Shown piece after piece: positions 21,241 through 31,438 of a stretch of 64,000 nt of DNA. Under the pieces are notes generated by a model. It worked only from the letters and a program-made list of their open reading frames with translations, did not search any database and was not told the DNA's origin. The translations under genes were made by a program, and so were the position numbers. This DNA comes from Alphaproteobacteria bacterium. GTDB taxonomy: Bacteria > Pseudomonadota > Alphaproteobacteria > UBA7879. Position 1 is the stretch's first letter, and each line of letters starts with the position of its first letter. The stretch lies in assembly GCA_965178295.1 (NCBI GenBank), contig CBCXTT010000003.1, forward strand, positions 88,114 through 152,113, written 5' to 3'.

Positions 21241-22072
21241 ACAGAAGACAGTGGCATGCGCGTGGTTTAAAGAGCTCCAAGATAAGTTTACGGGGGCCTT
21301 TGAAGCCTTGGAAGATACTTATGCAACGTCTCATCCAGGTCTTGACCCTGGGCGTTTTAAAGAAAAAAAATGGACACGCGATGGCGGCGGTGGAGGTGAG
21401 ATGCGCGTGATGCGCGGACATGTTTTTGAAAAGGTTGGGGTCAATTTTTCTTGTGTGTATGGTGCTCTTAATCCGGCATTTGCGAAAAAGATTTCTGATG
21501 AGACGAAACTCTCAAATTTTTGGGCGTCAGGTGTTTCCCTCGTGGCACATCTCAACAACCCTTTTGTCCCAGCGATGCATATGAATACCCGCTTTATTAT
21601 AACGACAACAAGTTGGTTTGGCGGAGGGGGGGACATGACGCCCTATTTTCCAGATCCAGAAGATGCGGCTGCATTTCATGGAGCGCTGGAAGCGGCGTGT
21701 TCAAAAACCGATCCGACATATTACACAACTTTTAAAGAATGGTGTGATCGATATTTTTACTTGCCCCATCGGGAAGAGGCGCGAGGCATAGGTGGTATTT
21801 TTTATGATAACTTAAACTCAGGGAATTGGAGCAATGATTTTATTTTTACTCAGGATGTAGGGAAAGCGCTGGTGGAGGTATATCCCAAAATTGTGGAAAG
21901 GAATATGTTTAAAGAATGGACTGCTGCACAGCGTGAACATCAATTGATTCGACGCGGGCGCTACGTTGAGTTTAATTTACTGTACGATCGCGGTACGGAC
22001 TTTGGTCTTCAAACAGGGGGAAATATAGAGGCTATTCTAATGTCGATGCCACCTGAGGTGAAATGGCCATGA
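21233..22072 (+). CDS. hemF: Oxygen-dependent coproporphyrinogen III oxidase. The ATG at 21233 overlaps the trmL stop (ATGGATGA).
   Basis: WTRDGGGGGEMRVMRGHVFEKVGVNFSCVYG… and a C-terminal region typical of HemF. Confidence 0.85.
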   Translation: MDEQKTVACAWFKELQDKFTGAFEALEDTYATSHPGLDPGRFKEKKWTRDGGGGGEMRVMRGHVFEKVGVNFSCVYGALNPAFAKKISDETKLSNFWASGVSLVAHLNNPFVPAMHMNTRFIITTTSWFGGGGDMTPYFPDPEDAAAFHGALEAACSKTDPTYYTTFKEWCDRYFYLPHREEARGIGGIFYDNLNSGNWSNDFIFTQDVGKALVEVYPKIVERNMFKEWTAAQREHQLIRRGRYVEFNLLYDRGTDFGLQTGGNIEAILMSMPPEVKWP

Positions 22073-22157
22073 AGGCCGTAGACAAGGAAAAAAATCCCTG
22101 TTAAAAGCAGGAGAGAGTTGTGCGTATGAGACAACACAGTGCACTTTATACACAAGG

Positions 22158-23522
22158 ATGATCCAGATGTTTCAAAATTTAAGTGACCGACTAGTATTGG
22201 TACTCAATAAACTCAAGCGTCGCGGTGCTTTGTCTGCAGAGGATGTAACAAGTGCTTTGCATGAAGTGCGTTCAGCACTTCTGGAGGCAGATGTTGCACT
22301 GCCAGTCGTAAAACACTTTATTCATCAGGTGAAAAAAAGGGCTGTTGGAAACAGGGTGTTAGACAGCGTCACGCCAGCGCAGATGGTGATTAAGGTAGTG
22401 CATGATCAGCTTATAAACGCCCTGGGCTCAGAGACGATTGATCTAAGTTTGGCCACAACACCGCCCGCTGTTATCCTACTAGCGGGATTGCAAGGCTCTG
22501 GTAAGACGACAACATCAGGAAAATTAGCCCGCTTGTTGACACAAAAACGTAATAAGAAAGTTTTACTAGCATCGCTTGACGTATATCGTCCTGCAGCTCA
22601 AGAACAATTACGGGTTTTGGGAGATAAAATTGATGTTCCCGTATTGCCCATTGTTGATGGAGAGCAACCCGTAGATATTGCCAAGCGTGCTTTGAAGTTG
22701 GGTCGCCTGGAAGGATTTGATGTTGTTATTCTCGATACAGCAGGTCGGCTTCACTTAGATGATTCGCTTATGGAGGAAGTGAAGGACATACAAAAAATCG
22801 CCCAACCTATTGAAACACTGTTGATTGCTGATGCAATGACAGGACAAGATGCTGTCGCTATGGCGACAGCCTTTGGTTCTGTCCTATCATTAACAGGTAT
22901 TGTTTTGACGCGAATAGACGGTGATGCGCGCGGTGGTGCCGCTCTTTCTATGCGACACATTACAGGATGTCCTATAAAATTTGTGGGTGTCGGAGAAAAT
23001 ATTGATCAATTTGAAATTTTTCATCCGGCCCGTATGGCGGATCGTATTCTTGGAATGGGCGATATTGTCAGTTTGGTGGAAAAAGCCACTGAACATGTGG
23101 CAGAGGCTGAGGCGATAAAAATTGCTCAGAAACTCGAATCTGGAACAATAGATTTGACTGATATGGAAGCACAGCTTACTCAAATGCAAAAAATGGGTGG
23201 TTTATCGGCTCTGGTAAAGATGATGCCCGGCGCAAACAAGGTGAACGACAAAATGAGGAGAGGTATGGGCTTTAATGATGGGGCGCTCAAAAAGAAATTG
23301 GCAATTATTCGTAGCATGACACCACGAGAGCGGAAATACCCCAAGCTTTTAAATGCGTCACGGAGAAAACGAATCGCAGCCGGATCGGGTGTAGGTATTC
23401 CAGAGATCAATCGTTTGTTAAAAGAATTTGAGCAAATGAGCAAGATGATGAAACGTATGAAGAAAATGGGAAAAAGGGGAACGTTAAGCAAGGGATTATC
23501 TGGTTTTCTGCCAAAGGTGTAA
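22158..23522 (+). CDS. ffh: Signal recognition particle protein Ffh
   Basis: N-G domain with GLQGSGKTTT, DTAGR and TRIDGDARGG. Met-rich M domain at the C-terminus. Confidence 0.9.
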   Translation: MIQMFQNLSDRLVLVLNKLKRRGALSAEDVTSALHEVRSALLEADVALPVVKHFIHQVKKRAVGNRVLDSVTPAQMVIKVVHDQLINALGSETIDLSLATTPPAVILLAGLQGSGKTTTSGKLARLLTQKRNKKVLLASLDVYRPAAQEQLRVLGDKIDVPVLPIVDGEQPVDIAKRALKLGRLEGFDVVILDTAGRLHLDDSLMEEVKDIQKIAQPIETLLIADAMTGQDAVAMATAFGSVLSLTGIVLTRIDGDARGGAALSMRHITGCPIKFVGVGENIDQFEIFHPARMADRILGMGDIVSLVEKATEHVAEAEAIKIAQKLESGTIDLTDMEAQLTQMQKMGGLSALVKMMPGANKVNDKMRRGMGFNDGALKKKLAIIRSMTPRERKYPKLLNASRRKRIAAGSGVGIPEINRLLKEFEQMSKMMKRMKKMGKRGTLSKGLSGFLPKV

Positions 23523-23640
23523 GATTTTAAGCATAGAGCGTTCCCATTTTTTTTTGCGTAGATTAGAGCTACAATCATTGACACACACTGATTTTTCTGG
23601 TAGTTCACATAACTAGTATTTTAGTATAGGAAAAAACAGT

Positions 23641-24048
23641 ATGTCATTGAGAATTCGTTTAGCACGCGCGGGAGCCAAGAAGCGCCCTTTTTACAGAGTG
23701 GTTGTTGCTGATGTGCGGTGTCCACGTGATGGACGCTTTATTGAAAAAGTTGGAACATATAACCCGCTGTTAGAACAGGATAACAAAGAGCGAGTCATTT
23801 TTAATAAGGAGCGCATTACCCATTGGTTATCCATTGGAGCAAAGCCAACAGATCGTGTTGAACGCTTTTTAGGCGAGCAGGGAATTATAAATATGCCTGT
23901 TTGGACTCAGCAAACGAAAAAAGATAAGCCAAAGGCAAAAGCACGTGAGCGCTTAGAGGCGCAAAAAATTTCTGACGTTTCGGGAGCAAAAGCGACACAC
24001 CTCGCAACAGACGAACAAGGAAAGGCAGCTCAAAAAGCGCTGTCCTGA
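23641..24048 (+). CDS. rpsP: 30S ribosomal protein S16 (C-terminally extended alphaproteobacterial form)
   Basis: [24 protein letters not shown]…. Confidence 0.9.
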   Translation: MSLRIRLARAGAKKRPFYRVVVADVRCPRDGRFIEKVGTYNPLLEQDNKERVIFNKERITHWLSIGAKPTDRVERFLGEQGIINMPVWTQQTKKDKPKAKARERLEAQKISDVSGAKATHLATDEQGKAAQKALS

Positions 24049-24055
24049 TGACTCC

Positions 24056-24613
24056 TTGTTGATGCAACATAATCCTCTAACGCGTACTTTTATGACTGAG
24101 AACACTACGTGGGTTCTAGTTGCAAAAATTTTGAAGGCACATGGCATTAAAGGTTCTGTTCATATTCGCTGTTTTACGCAAAAGCCCGAAAAACTTGCTG
24201 AGTACGCACCCCTGAAAACAAGAGATCATAAAGTCTTTGATATCAAACCATTGCATCTCAAAGGAGAGATTCTTGTGGCGCACCTGTCTAATGTGACAAA
24301 CCGAACGCATGCGGAGAATTTAAAGGGTATATTCTTGTATGCCGATAGAGCATCCTTTGCCTCAGCAGCGCCAGAAGAGTTTTATATTTCTGATTTGGAA
24401 GGACTCTATGTTAAAGTTTTGGGGGCGATCGTAGGGCGTATTCGTGCTGTTCAAAACTATGGAGCGGGAGATATTCTGATTATTCATTTTGACTCGGGCG
24501 CTGAGGTGCTACTCCCTTTTACGAAAGCGTCTGTTCCAGATATTGATGTGGGGGCGGGTCATATTGTCGTTGATCCAGAGAGCATGCGTGTATTTTCCGA
24601 GGGTAAGAGGTGA
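24056..24613 (+). CDS. rimM: Ribosome maturation factor RimM
   Basis: …VAKILKAHGIKGSV… with a PRC barrel; position between rpsP and trmD. Confidence 0.85.
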   Translation: MLMQHNPLTRTFMTENTTWVLVAKILKAHGIKGSVHIRCFTQKPEKLAEYAPLKTRDHKVFDIKPLHLKGEILVAHLSNVTNRTHAENLKGIFLYADRASFASAAPEEFYISDLEGLYVKVLGAIVGRIRAVQNYGAGDILIIHFDSGAEVLLPFTKASVPDIDVGAGHIVVDPESMRVFSEGKR

Positions 24614-25312
24614 ATGTTTCACGCAACAATCCTAACACTATTTCCCGATATGTTTCCTGGCGCTTTGGGGAAAGCTCTTGCAGGAAAGGCCTTGGAAAAA
24701 GAAATTTGGCACTGCCATTCGCGCGATATTCGAGATTTTGCAACAGATCAGCATAAGACAGTTGATGCCATATGTTTTGGCGGTGGACCGGGGATGGTGC
24801 TGAAGCCGAATGTGTTGGGTAATGCCATTGATTGGACTCAGACTGAAAATAGAGGGCCACTTGTTTATATGAGCCCCCGAGGGCAGCCGATGACACAGGC
24901 GCTTGTTAAAAAATTTGTACATCATAAAAAAATTACCTTGATTTGTGGACGCTATGAGGGTATTGATGAGAGAATCTTGCACCGTTACCCCGTTTCAGAG
25001 GTATCTGTCGGTGATTATATTCTCTCTGGTGGAGAGTTAGCCGCAATGGTTCTTCTGGATGCCTGCGTGCGTTTGTTGCCGGGTGTGATGGGTGATGAAG
25101 CCTCGAGTGAGGATGAAAGTTTTGAATCAGGCTTATTGGAATATCCTCACTACACAAGGCCGCGTGACTGGAAAGGCTATCATGTACCTGAGGTTCTTTT
25201 ATCGGGACATCATGAGAAGATACATCAATGGCGGACAATGCAAGCAGAAGAGTTGACACGTGTACGTCGCCCTGATTTATGGCGTGCATACAAGGAAAAA
25301 ATGGAGAAGTAA
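24614..25312 (+). CDS. trmD: tRNA (guanine37-N1)-methyltransferase
   Basis: [16 protein letters not shown]… SPOUT knot. Confidence 0.9.
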   Translation: MFHATILTLFPDMFPGALGKALAGKALEKEIWHCHSRDIRDFATDQHKTVDAICFGGGPGMVLKPNVLGNAIDWTQTENRGPLVYMSPRGQPMTQALVKKFVHHKKITLICGRYEGIDERILHRYPVSEVSVGDYILSGGELAAMVLLDACVRLLPGVMGDEASSEDESFESGLLEYPHYTRPRDWKGYHVPEVLLSGHHEKIHQWRTMQAEELTRVRRPDLWRAYKEKMEK

Positions 25313-25316
25313 GCTC

Positions 25317-25697
25317 ATGGATATTATTAAGCAGATTGAAACAGAGCACATGAAAAAACTGAATTGTTACATTCCTGAATTTGGGCCTGGAGATACGGTT
25401 AAGGTATGGGTGAAGATTAAAGAAGGTACTACAGAGCGCTTACAGGCGTATGAGGGTGTTTGTATTGCGCGACGTAATCGCGGCCTGAACTCTTCTTTTA
25501 CAGTACGTAAAATTTCTTATGGCGAAGGAGTGGAACGAGTATTTCCCCTGCATTCACCTAAAATTAAAATTGAAGTTATGCGCCGTGGGTCTGTTCGTCG
25601 TGCAAAATTATACTATTTACGGGATCTGACTGGTAAAAAAGCACGAATACCAGCGAAGACGCGTGGATTGTCGAAAATAATATCTAAGAAAAAGTAA
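25317..25697 (+). CDS. rplS: 50S ribosomal protein L19. The ATG at 25317 is preferred; the longer ORF from 25260 overlaps the trmD end.
   Basis: MDIIKQIE…[11 protein letters not shown]…. Confidence 0.9.
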   Translation: MDIIKQIETEHMKKLNCYIPEFGPGDTVKVWVKIKEGTTERLQAYEGVCIARRNRGLNSSFTVRKISYGEGVERVFPLHSPKIKIEVMRRGSVRRAKLYYLRDLTGKKARIPAKTRGLSKIISKKK

Positions 25698-26186
25698 GGG
25701 GGGAGCGCGATAAAGGATACGTGTCTAGTGCGCCTGATTATAACAATCGATGCTTTGATGATATAATTTGCCCGATGCAGGCATTTTTTCTTCTTCCTAT
25801 TTTTTACCAAAGAGATTAGTGTTGATTTTTCTTGAATCAAAGGATAGCTTATACAGCCTTGTTGTGCTCATTTAAAACGTATGAAGAAGACACGTATTAA
25901 TGCGATTTTTCTTTTGTGCCCACTCTATAAACACACATCATTAGCACTGACAACATGAAAAACCGCATGATGATGCGCTCGGATTCATATTATTTTCAAT
26001 GGCAAGTGGTGGGGATAGCATAGGCCAATGGTGTAGAGGGGGGATTGTAAGGAAGAATATCTAATATACGATTCTGACCATTCGCTCCATGAAAAGTACG
26101 CAACAAGTGTTTACAAGAGCCTAAAACAGGTGGAAAGGAAGAGGAATGTATGTGGGAAATTACACAATTTATACAAAATTGCCCAT

Positions 26187-26939
26187 TTATTGTATATTGT
26201 TTTTTATAAACCTCTCCACTTTGGCAATATCGTCTGGCACATCAACGCTTAAGGGCATCGTATCGATAATTTTGATACCGATACGCATATTGTGCTCAAG
26301 GGCTCGTAATTGCTCTAGCTTTTCTAGTGCCTCTAGATCTGTCGTAGGCATATTCACAAAGCTTTCGAGGGCATCACGAGTGTATCCATACAGACCAATA
26401 TGGTGATAATAGGGCCCTTGATATGGGATCATAGCTCGGCTAAAATACAGCGCTTCTCCATAAGTGTTCTCCATGGGTGTAAGAGCACATTTAACAACGT
26501 TAGGATTTTGAGCGTCTTCTAGATTGCGTATTGGTGTGACAAGTGTTGTAATATCTGCTTTTGTTTGAGTCAAGGCATCTAGTACATCTTGGATGATCGC
26601 GGGATCTATGACAGGCAGGTCTCCTTGTATGTTTAAAACAGTATCAAATGTATTGCATGGATCAAAGATTGTAAGGGCTTCGTATATCCTGTCTGTGCCG
26701 GATGAGTGTTGTGGGTCGGTCAAAATCGCGATACCCCCAACGCTTTCAATGACATTTTTTATTTCTAGCGCACAGCAGGCCACAATTATTGGTCCTAGCT
26801 TAGCTTTTTTTGCTTGTTCGAATACGCGTATAATCATGGGTATTCCAGAGATGGGAGCTAATGGTTTATTGGGAAACCGCGATGCCTGGAGGCGTGCAGG
26901 TATAACAATAATAGGCTTCATGATGCAGTCTTTCTTCAA
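26187..26939 (-). CDS. kdsB: 3-deoxy-manno-octulosonate cytidylyltransferase (CMP-Kdo synthetase)
   Basis: IIVIPARLQASRFPNKPLAPISGIPMI… N-terminus; 250 aa. Implies an LPS/Kdo pathway is present. Confidence 0.85.
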   Translation of the reverse strand: MKKDCIMKPIIVIPARLQASRFPNKPLAPISGIPMIIRVFEQAKKAKLGPIIVACCALEIKNVIESVGGIAILTDPQHSSGTDRIYEALTIFDPCNTFDTVLNIQGDLPVIDPAIIQDVLDALTQTKADITTLVTPIRNLEDAQNPNVVKCALTPMENTYGEALYFSRAMIPYQGPYYHHIGLYGYTRDALESFVNMPTTDLEALEKLEQLRALEHNMRIGIKIIDTMPLSVDVPDDIAKVERFIKNNIQ

Positions 26940-27001
26940 AAGGTTTAGACAAACATATATTAAGTTGTGTATAACAGAATTTTACTGAAGGCGAAATCAT
27001 A

Positions 27002-27550
27002 ATGAGCGATTTGCGTGGCAATATGTTGTGTGCAGCGATTTTGATTGCCCTTCTGGTGGCGCTTATCTCCTGCATTTTGGCAGATTTTCTCGTATCTCCT
27101 AAAACGCTTGAAAAGAATGTGTTGATCGTAGAAATTCCTGAGAACATGGGATATGTTGCACTGGGTACGACAAAAAAATATGCTGCGGCTCCAGATTCCG
27201 TGAGTGATCTGTTAGAGTCCGCGAATATTGAACAAGGTGCGCGTGTAGCGAAAAAATGTGTACAGTGTCATAGCTTCAAGAAGGGAGTTGCGCACAAGAT
27301 AGGCCCCAACCTGTGGAATATTGTTGGATCAGCAAAGGCCGCACAAAAGGGCTACAAATACTCTGCCGCTGCGTCAAAACAAAAAGGCGGCGCATGGAGT
27401 TATGAAAGTCTCAATGCCTTCTTGTATAAACCACGTCAGTACATGCCTGGGACAAAAATGTCATTTGCGGGCTTGAAAAAGCGTTCAGACCGCGCTAACT
27501 TAATTGCGTATTTACGTCAATTAAGCAATAGCCCCCAACCTCTTCCATAA
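27002..27550 (+). CDS. Membrane-anchored mono-haem cytochrome c (CycM-like)
   Basis: N-terminal TM helix, then a single CVQCH haem-binding motif and a distal Met region. Confidence 0.7.
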   Translation: MSDLRGNMLCAAILIALLVALISCILADFLVSPKTLEKNVLIVEIPENMGYVALGTTKKYAAAPDSVSDLLESANIEQGARVAKKCVQCHSFKKGVAHKIGPNLWNIVGSAKAAQKGYKYSAAASKQKGGAWSYESLNAFLYKPRQYMPGTKMSFAGLKKRSDRANLIAYLRQLSNSPQPLP

Positions 27551-27608
27551 GGTTATATGTAAAGTATGGGCTTAGGGCGGAGTAAGTGTTTTCATTCAGT
27601 ACTTAGTT

Positions 27609-29300
27609 TTGTATTTATCAGTCATTGCCTTTAAGGCCTCGTGCGTAGAAAATGCGATTGCGCAGTCATCTTATCTTGCCCCGCGATATTCTAAAGATTT
27701 TTCTGCAACAAATTATGTAAATCCTAATGCCCCTAAAGGTGGGTATGTGCGCTTAAATGCATCAGAAAATACATTTGATACGTTTAATCCTTTCAGCGTT
27801 TATGGCACACCTGTGGCTGGATGGCAACGCATGTTTGCGACATTGATGTCAACACCTTTAGATGATCCGACGTCTGCGTATAGCTACGCTGCCCAATCAT
27901 TTGAAATTTCTGGCTGTACCGTTACATTTAATCTTAGGAAAAACATGAAATTTAGTGATGGGAAAACGATTAAGGCGTCTGATATTGTTTTCTCTTTTAC
28001 TGTACTGAGGGAGAAAGGGAAGCCTTTCTACCGGTCGTTATTTAAAAACATTAAATCTATCCGGGCACCTAATGCGCATACGGTGGTATTTACGTTAGAT
28101 ACAACGGCACAGCCTTTGGATGTAGTGACGTTGGGTCAAATTCCTCTTTTGGCAGCACATTATTGGTCTACAATAGATTTTTCGGCACCTCTTTTGACTG
28201 TGCCTGTGACCAGTGGGCCATATTGTCCGAAAAAATTTTCGGCTAATAAATTTTTAAAATATACGAGAGTGCGTGACTGGTGGGGAGAAAATATACCAAT
28301 CAATCGGGGAAAGTATAATTTTAATACGATTGTTTATAATTATTTTGCTACTAATACTGTTGCACTTGAGGCATTTAAAAGGCATTTGATTGATTGGTTT
28401 GTGGAAAGGCGCGCATCGTCTTGGGTAAAAGAGTATAATTTTGATGCTGTGCAAAAGAAGGAAGTAGTATGTGCAGAAGTAGATACTCCATTTACACATG
28501 GACTCAATGCTTTATTTATCAATACCCGTCGTCATCAACTATCTGATGTGCGTGTGCGTCATGCATTGGCTCTTATGTTTGACTTTAATTGGATTAACAA
28601 ACACTTGTTGCATGCCAAGTATCAACGCAATAGAAGCATCTTTATGAATACACCTTACGGTATTGCATACGGAAAAAACTGCGCAAAGGCATCGGATAGT
28701 CATAAGGCTCTGAGTCATGAAGAGCGTGTAAAAAAAGCATGGAAATACATGCAACAAGCGGGATGGAGTTTGAAGGATGGGATTTTAGTGCGACAAGACA
28801 CGGGGGAACGATTTACTCTTGATATTATTTTAGATCGCCCTTCAACAGTGCGTTTATTGACGCCTTATATGAATGCTTTAAAACGTTTAGGTATTCATGC
28901 CACTATACGGCTTCTGGATAGTGTGTCCTATCAATACAGAAAAACACATTTTGATTACGACATGATTCTTTCTTTTCAAGAACCCATGCTTGTGCCAGAT
29001 AAGTCGCTTATTGCATCGTGGGGGCATCAAAGTGTGCGCATTCCCGGTAGTTCAAATCTCTCCGCTGTATCGGATGAGCAGATAGATTTTTATATTGACC
29101 AAACTTTGTCAGCAGGCACTATGAAGGATGTGCAAGAGAATACATGTGCATTAGATAATCGTATTGATTCAGGATACTATTTTATTCCTATGTGGCATCG
29201 TAATGATATATACATAGCCTATTGGAATAACATTAAGCACCCAGATGGCGTGGGAATGGCGAGCATAGATACGTGGTGGGCAGAGCATAATGCACTTTAA
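27609..29300 (+). CDS. yejA: ABC transporter substrate-binding protein, cluster C (peptide/microcin; YejA-like). TTG start. The N-terminus looks short for a signal peptide.
   Basis: Family-5 SBP architecture. It is followed immediately by two permeases and a double-ATPase, as in yejABEF. Confidence 0.6.
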   Translation: MYLSVIAFKASCVENAIAQSSYLAPRYSKDFSATNYVNPNAPKGGYVRLNASENTFDTFNPFSVYGTPVAGWQRMFATLMSTPLDDPTSAYSYAAQSFEISGCTVTFNLRKNMKFSDGKTIKASDIVFSFTVLREKGKPFYRSLFKNIKSIRAPNAHTVVFTLDTTAQPLDVVTLGQIPLLAAHYWSTIDFSAPLLTVPVTSGPYCPKKFSANKFLKYTRVRDWWGENIPINRGKYNFNTIVYNYFATNTVALEAFKRHLIDWFVERRASSWVKEYNFDAVQKKEVVCAEVDTPFTHGLNALFINTRRHQLSDVRVRHALALMFDFNWINKHLLHAKYQRNRSIFMNTPYGIAYGKNCAKASDSHKALSHEERVKKAWKYMQQAGWSLKDGILVRQDTGERFTLDIILDRPSTVRLLTPYMNALKRLGIHATIRLLDSVSYQYRKTHFDYDMILSFQEPMLVPDKSLIASWGHQSVRIPGSSNLSAVSDEQIDFYIDQTLSAGTMKDVQENTCALDNRIDSGYYFIPMWHRNDIYIAYWNNIKHPDGVGMASIDTWWAEHNAL

Positions 29301-30399
29301 TGCAATGATGAAATATGGTGTAAAGCGCCTATCTTTGGCTGTACCTACTCTAATTTCTGTTCTGACGTTAAATTTTGTGCTTGTGCAGTTTATTCCTGGC
29401 GGCCCTATTGATAGTATTGTCTTGCGCATCCAGGGTAATGGGGATGGATTTGAGAATGCTGTTTCTGACGGTGTGATCGAGCAAAATATACAAAATCTTC
29501 ACTATGCTTATGAAGGGAAGAGCGGAAATCGATACGGGATTCCCGAGAGTTTTGTGATGCAATTAGAGCGCCAGTATGCCTTTGATAGACCAATCCTCGA
29601 ACGTTATTTTGTTATGATACGGGATTATTTAACACTTAACTTTGGAAACAGTTATTTTTACAATTGCAGCGTTCTTAGATTGATGCAATCCAAGTGTTTT
29701 GTCTCATTTTCCCTTGGGTTTTGGTCGTTCCTATGTATTTATCTTCTGGCAATTCCATTGGGTATTAAGATGGCGATGCAGTCTGATTCTCGCTTTAACT
29801 TATTTTCAACAATTCTCCTGTCTTTAGGTTATGCAATCCCTACGTTTTTACTGGCTATTTTGTTCATTGTTTTTTTAGCAGGAGGGAGTTTTTTAGATAT
29901 TTTTCCTTTATCTGGCTTGTTTTCGTATGGCTGGAATGCAATGCCACTGTGGGAAAAAATTGTTGATTATTTTTGGCATCTTGTATTACCTATTATGACA
30001 GTTACGATTACAGGTATGAGCAGTTTGGTTTTTATGTGCTGCAATAGTTTTGTGGAAGAAATGCACAAGGGGTACATATTTCTTGCGCGTGCGAAGGGTG
30101 CAGGCCCCAAAGAGATTATATATCGCCATATCTTTCCTAATGCATTAATTCCCATAACAGCAAATGTTCCTGCACATTTTGTCAAACTTTTTTTGACTAG
30201 CAATATTGTCGTTGAAATTATTTTTTCTTTGGATGGGCTTGGGTTACTTGCGTTTGACGCTGTTATGACAAGGGATTACCCTGTGATGTTTTCGTTGCTT
30301 TATATGTATACATTAGTCAGCATTCTTCTGCATTTTGTGGGGGATATGTTCTATGCCTTTTTAGATCCTCGAGTTAAGTTTGAGAAAAGTGATCGTTAA
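29290..30399 (+). CDS. yejB: ABC transporter permease (DppB/YejB-like)
   Basis: Six TM helices and the EAA-like loop (…ARAKGAGPKEIIYRHIFPNAL…). Confidence 0.7.
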   Translation: MHFNAMMKYGVKRLSLAVPTLISVLTLNFVLVQFIPGGPIDSIVLRIQGNGDGFENAVSDGVIEQNIQNLHYAYEGKSGNRYGIPESFVMQLERQYAFDRPILERYFVMIRDYLTLNFGNSYFYNCSVLRLMQSKCFVSFSLGFWSFLCIYLLAIPLGIKMAMQSDSRFNLFSTILLSLGYAIPTFLLAILFIVFLAGGSFLDIFPLSGLFSYGWNAMPLWEKIVDYFWHLVLPIMTVTITGMSSLVFMCCNSFVEEMHKGYIFLARAKGAGPKEIIYRHIFPNALIPITANVPAHFVKLFLTSNIVVEIIFSLDGLGLLAFDAVMTRDYPVMFSLLYMYTLVSILLHFVGDMFYAFLDPRVKFEKSDR

Positions 30400-30401
30400 C
30401 C

Positions 30402-31433
30402 ATGTTGGACACACTTACGTTTTTTTGGCACAAGTATCGCAGAAACAAGTCGGGACTTATTGCACTTTATATCTCTATTTTTTTTCTTTTTTTAAGTGTG
30501 TTTGCTGACTTCATTGCAAATGAAAAGCCACTTCTAGTATGCTATGAGGGCAATCTCTATTTTCCAATATTGAAAAACTATCCAGAAACCCAATTTGGTG
30601 GGGACTTTGCCGTTAATGTAGATTATAGGTCGTCTGTATATAAACAGCGCATTAAAGACAAGGGCTGGATTGTATGGCCGCTTATTTCCTATAGTTATGA
30701 TACGGTAAACTATGGTCTAAAAGGGACAGCACCCGCTCCCCCATCTTTTGAAAATTGGTTGGGCTCTGACGACCAAGGGCGTGATATTCTAGCGCAACTG
30801 ATACATGGAGTGCAATTTGCAGTGTTTTTTGGGCTTGGTGTGGCTTTTTTGAGCAGTGTGATAGGGTTTTTTGTGGGATCACTCCAAGGCTATTATGGCG
30901 GTGCTGTTGATCTGTTAGGGCAAAGATTCATGGAAGTTTGGGCCTCATTACCAATTTTGGTTGTCATTATGATATTAACAACTTTTGTCGTGCCAAACGT
31001 TTTTTGGATTTTTGTATTTATGGTGTGCTTTAAGTGGATTATGATGGCGGTTTTAACTCGGGCCGAGTTTTTAAAATTGAAAAAGCGTGACTATGTACTG
31101 TCTGCAGAGATGATGGGCGTGTCGGTACCACGCATTATTTGGCGTCATATTTTTCCCAATACCCTTAGCTCATTGATTGTACTCATACCTTTTATGGTTA
31201 TTGGGGCTATTTCTTCTTTGACTACACTTGATTATCTGGGGTTTGGCTTGCCACCAGGCTCTCCGTCTTTGGGAGAGATTTTGCATCAAGGAAAAAACAA
31301 TCTATATGCCCCATGGATTGGAATCTCTGGTATTACAGTACTTGGCATAATGATGGTTTCTCTGGTGATGGTTGGGCAAGCGCTTCGGCGTGCCTTGGAT
31401 CCGTATCAAAATCCACAAATAGATGCGTGGTAA
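30402..31433 (+). CDS. yejE: ABC transporter permease (DppC/YejE-like)
   Basis: TM bundle plus …AEMMGVSVPRIIWRHIFPNTLS…. Confidence 0.7.
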   Translation: MLDTLTFFWHKYRRNKSGLIALYISIFFLFLSVFADFIANEKPLLVCYEGNLYFPILKNYPETQFGGDFAVNVDYRSSVYKQRIKDKGWIVWPLISYSYDTVNYGLKGTAPAPPSFENWLGSDDQGRDILAQLIHGVQFAVFFGLGVAFLSSVIGFFVGSLQGYYGGAVDLLGQRFMEVWASLPILVVIMILTTFVVPNVFWIFVFMVCFKWIMMAVLTRAEFLKLKKRDYVLSAEMMGVSVPRIIWRHIFPNTLSSLIVLIPFMVIGAISSLTTLDYLGFGLPPGSPSLGEILHQGKNNLYAPWIGISGITVLGIMMVSLVMVGQALRRALDPYQNPQIDAW

Positions 31434-31438
31434 AAAAT

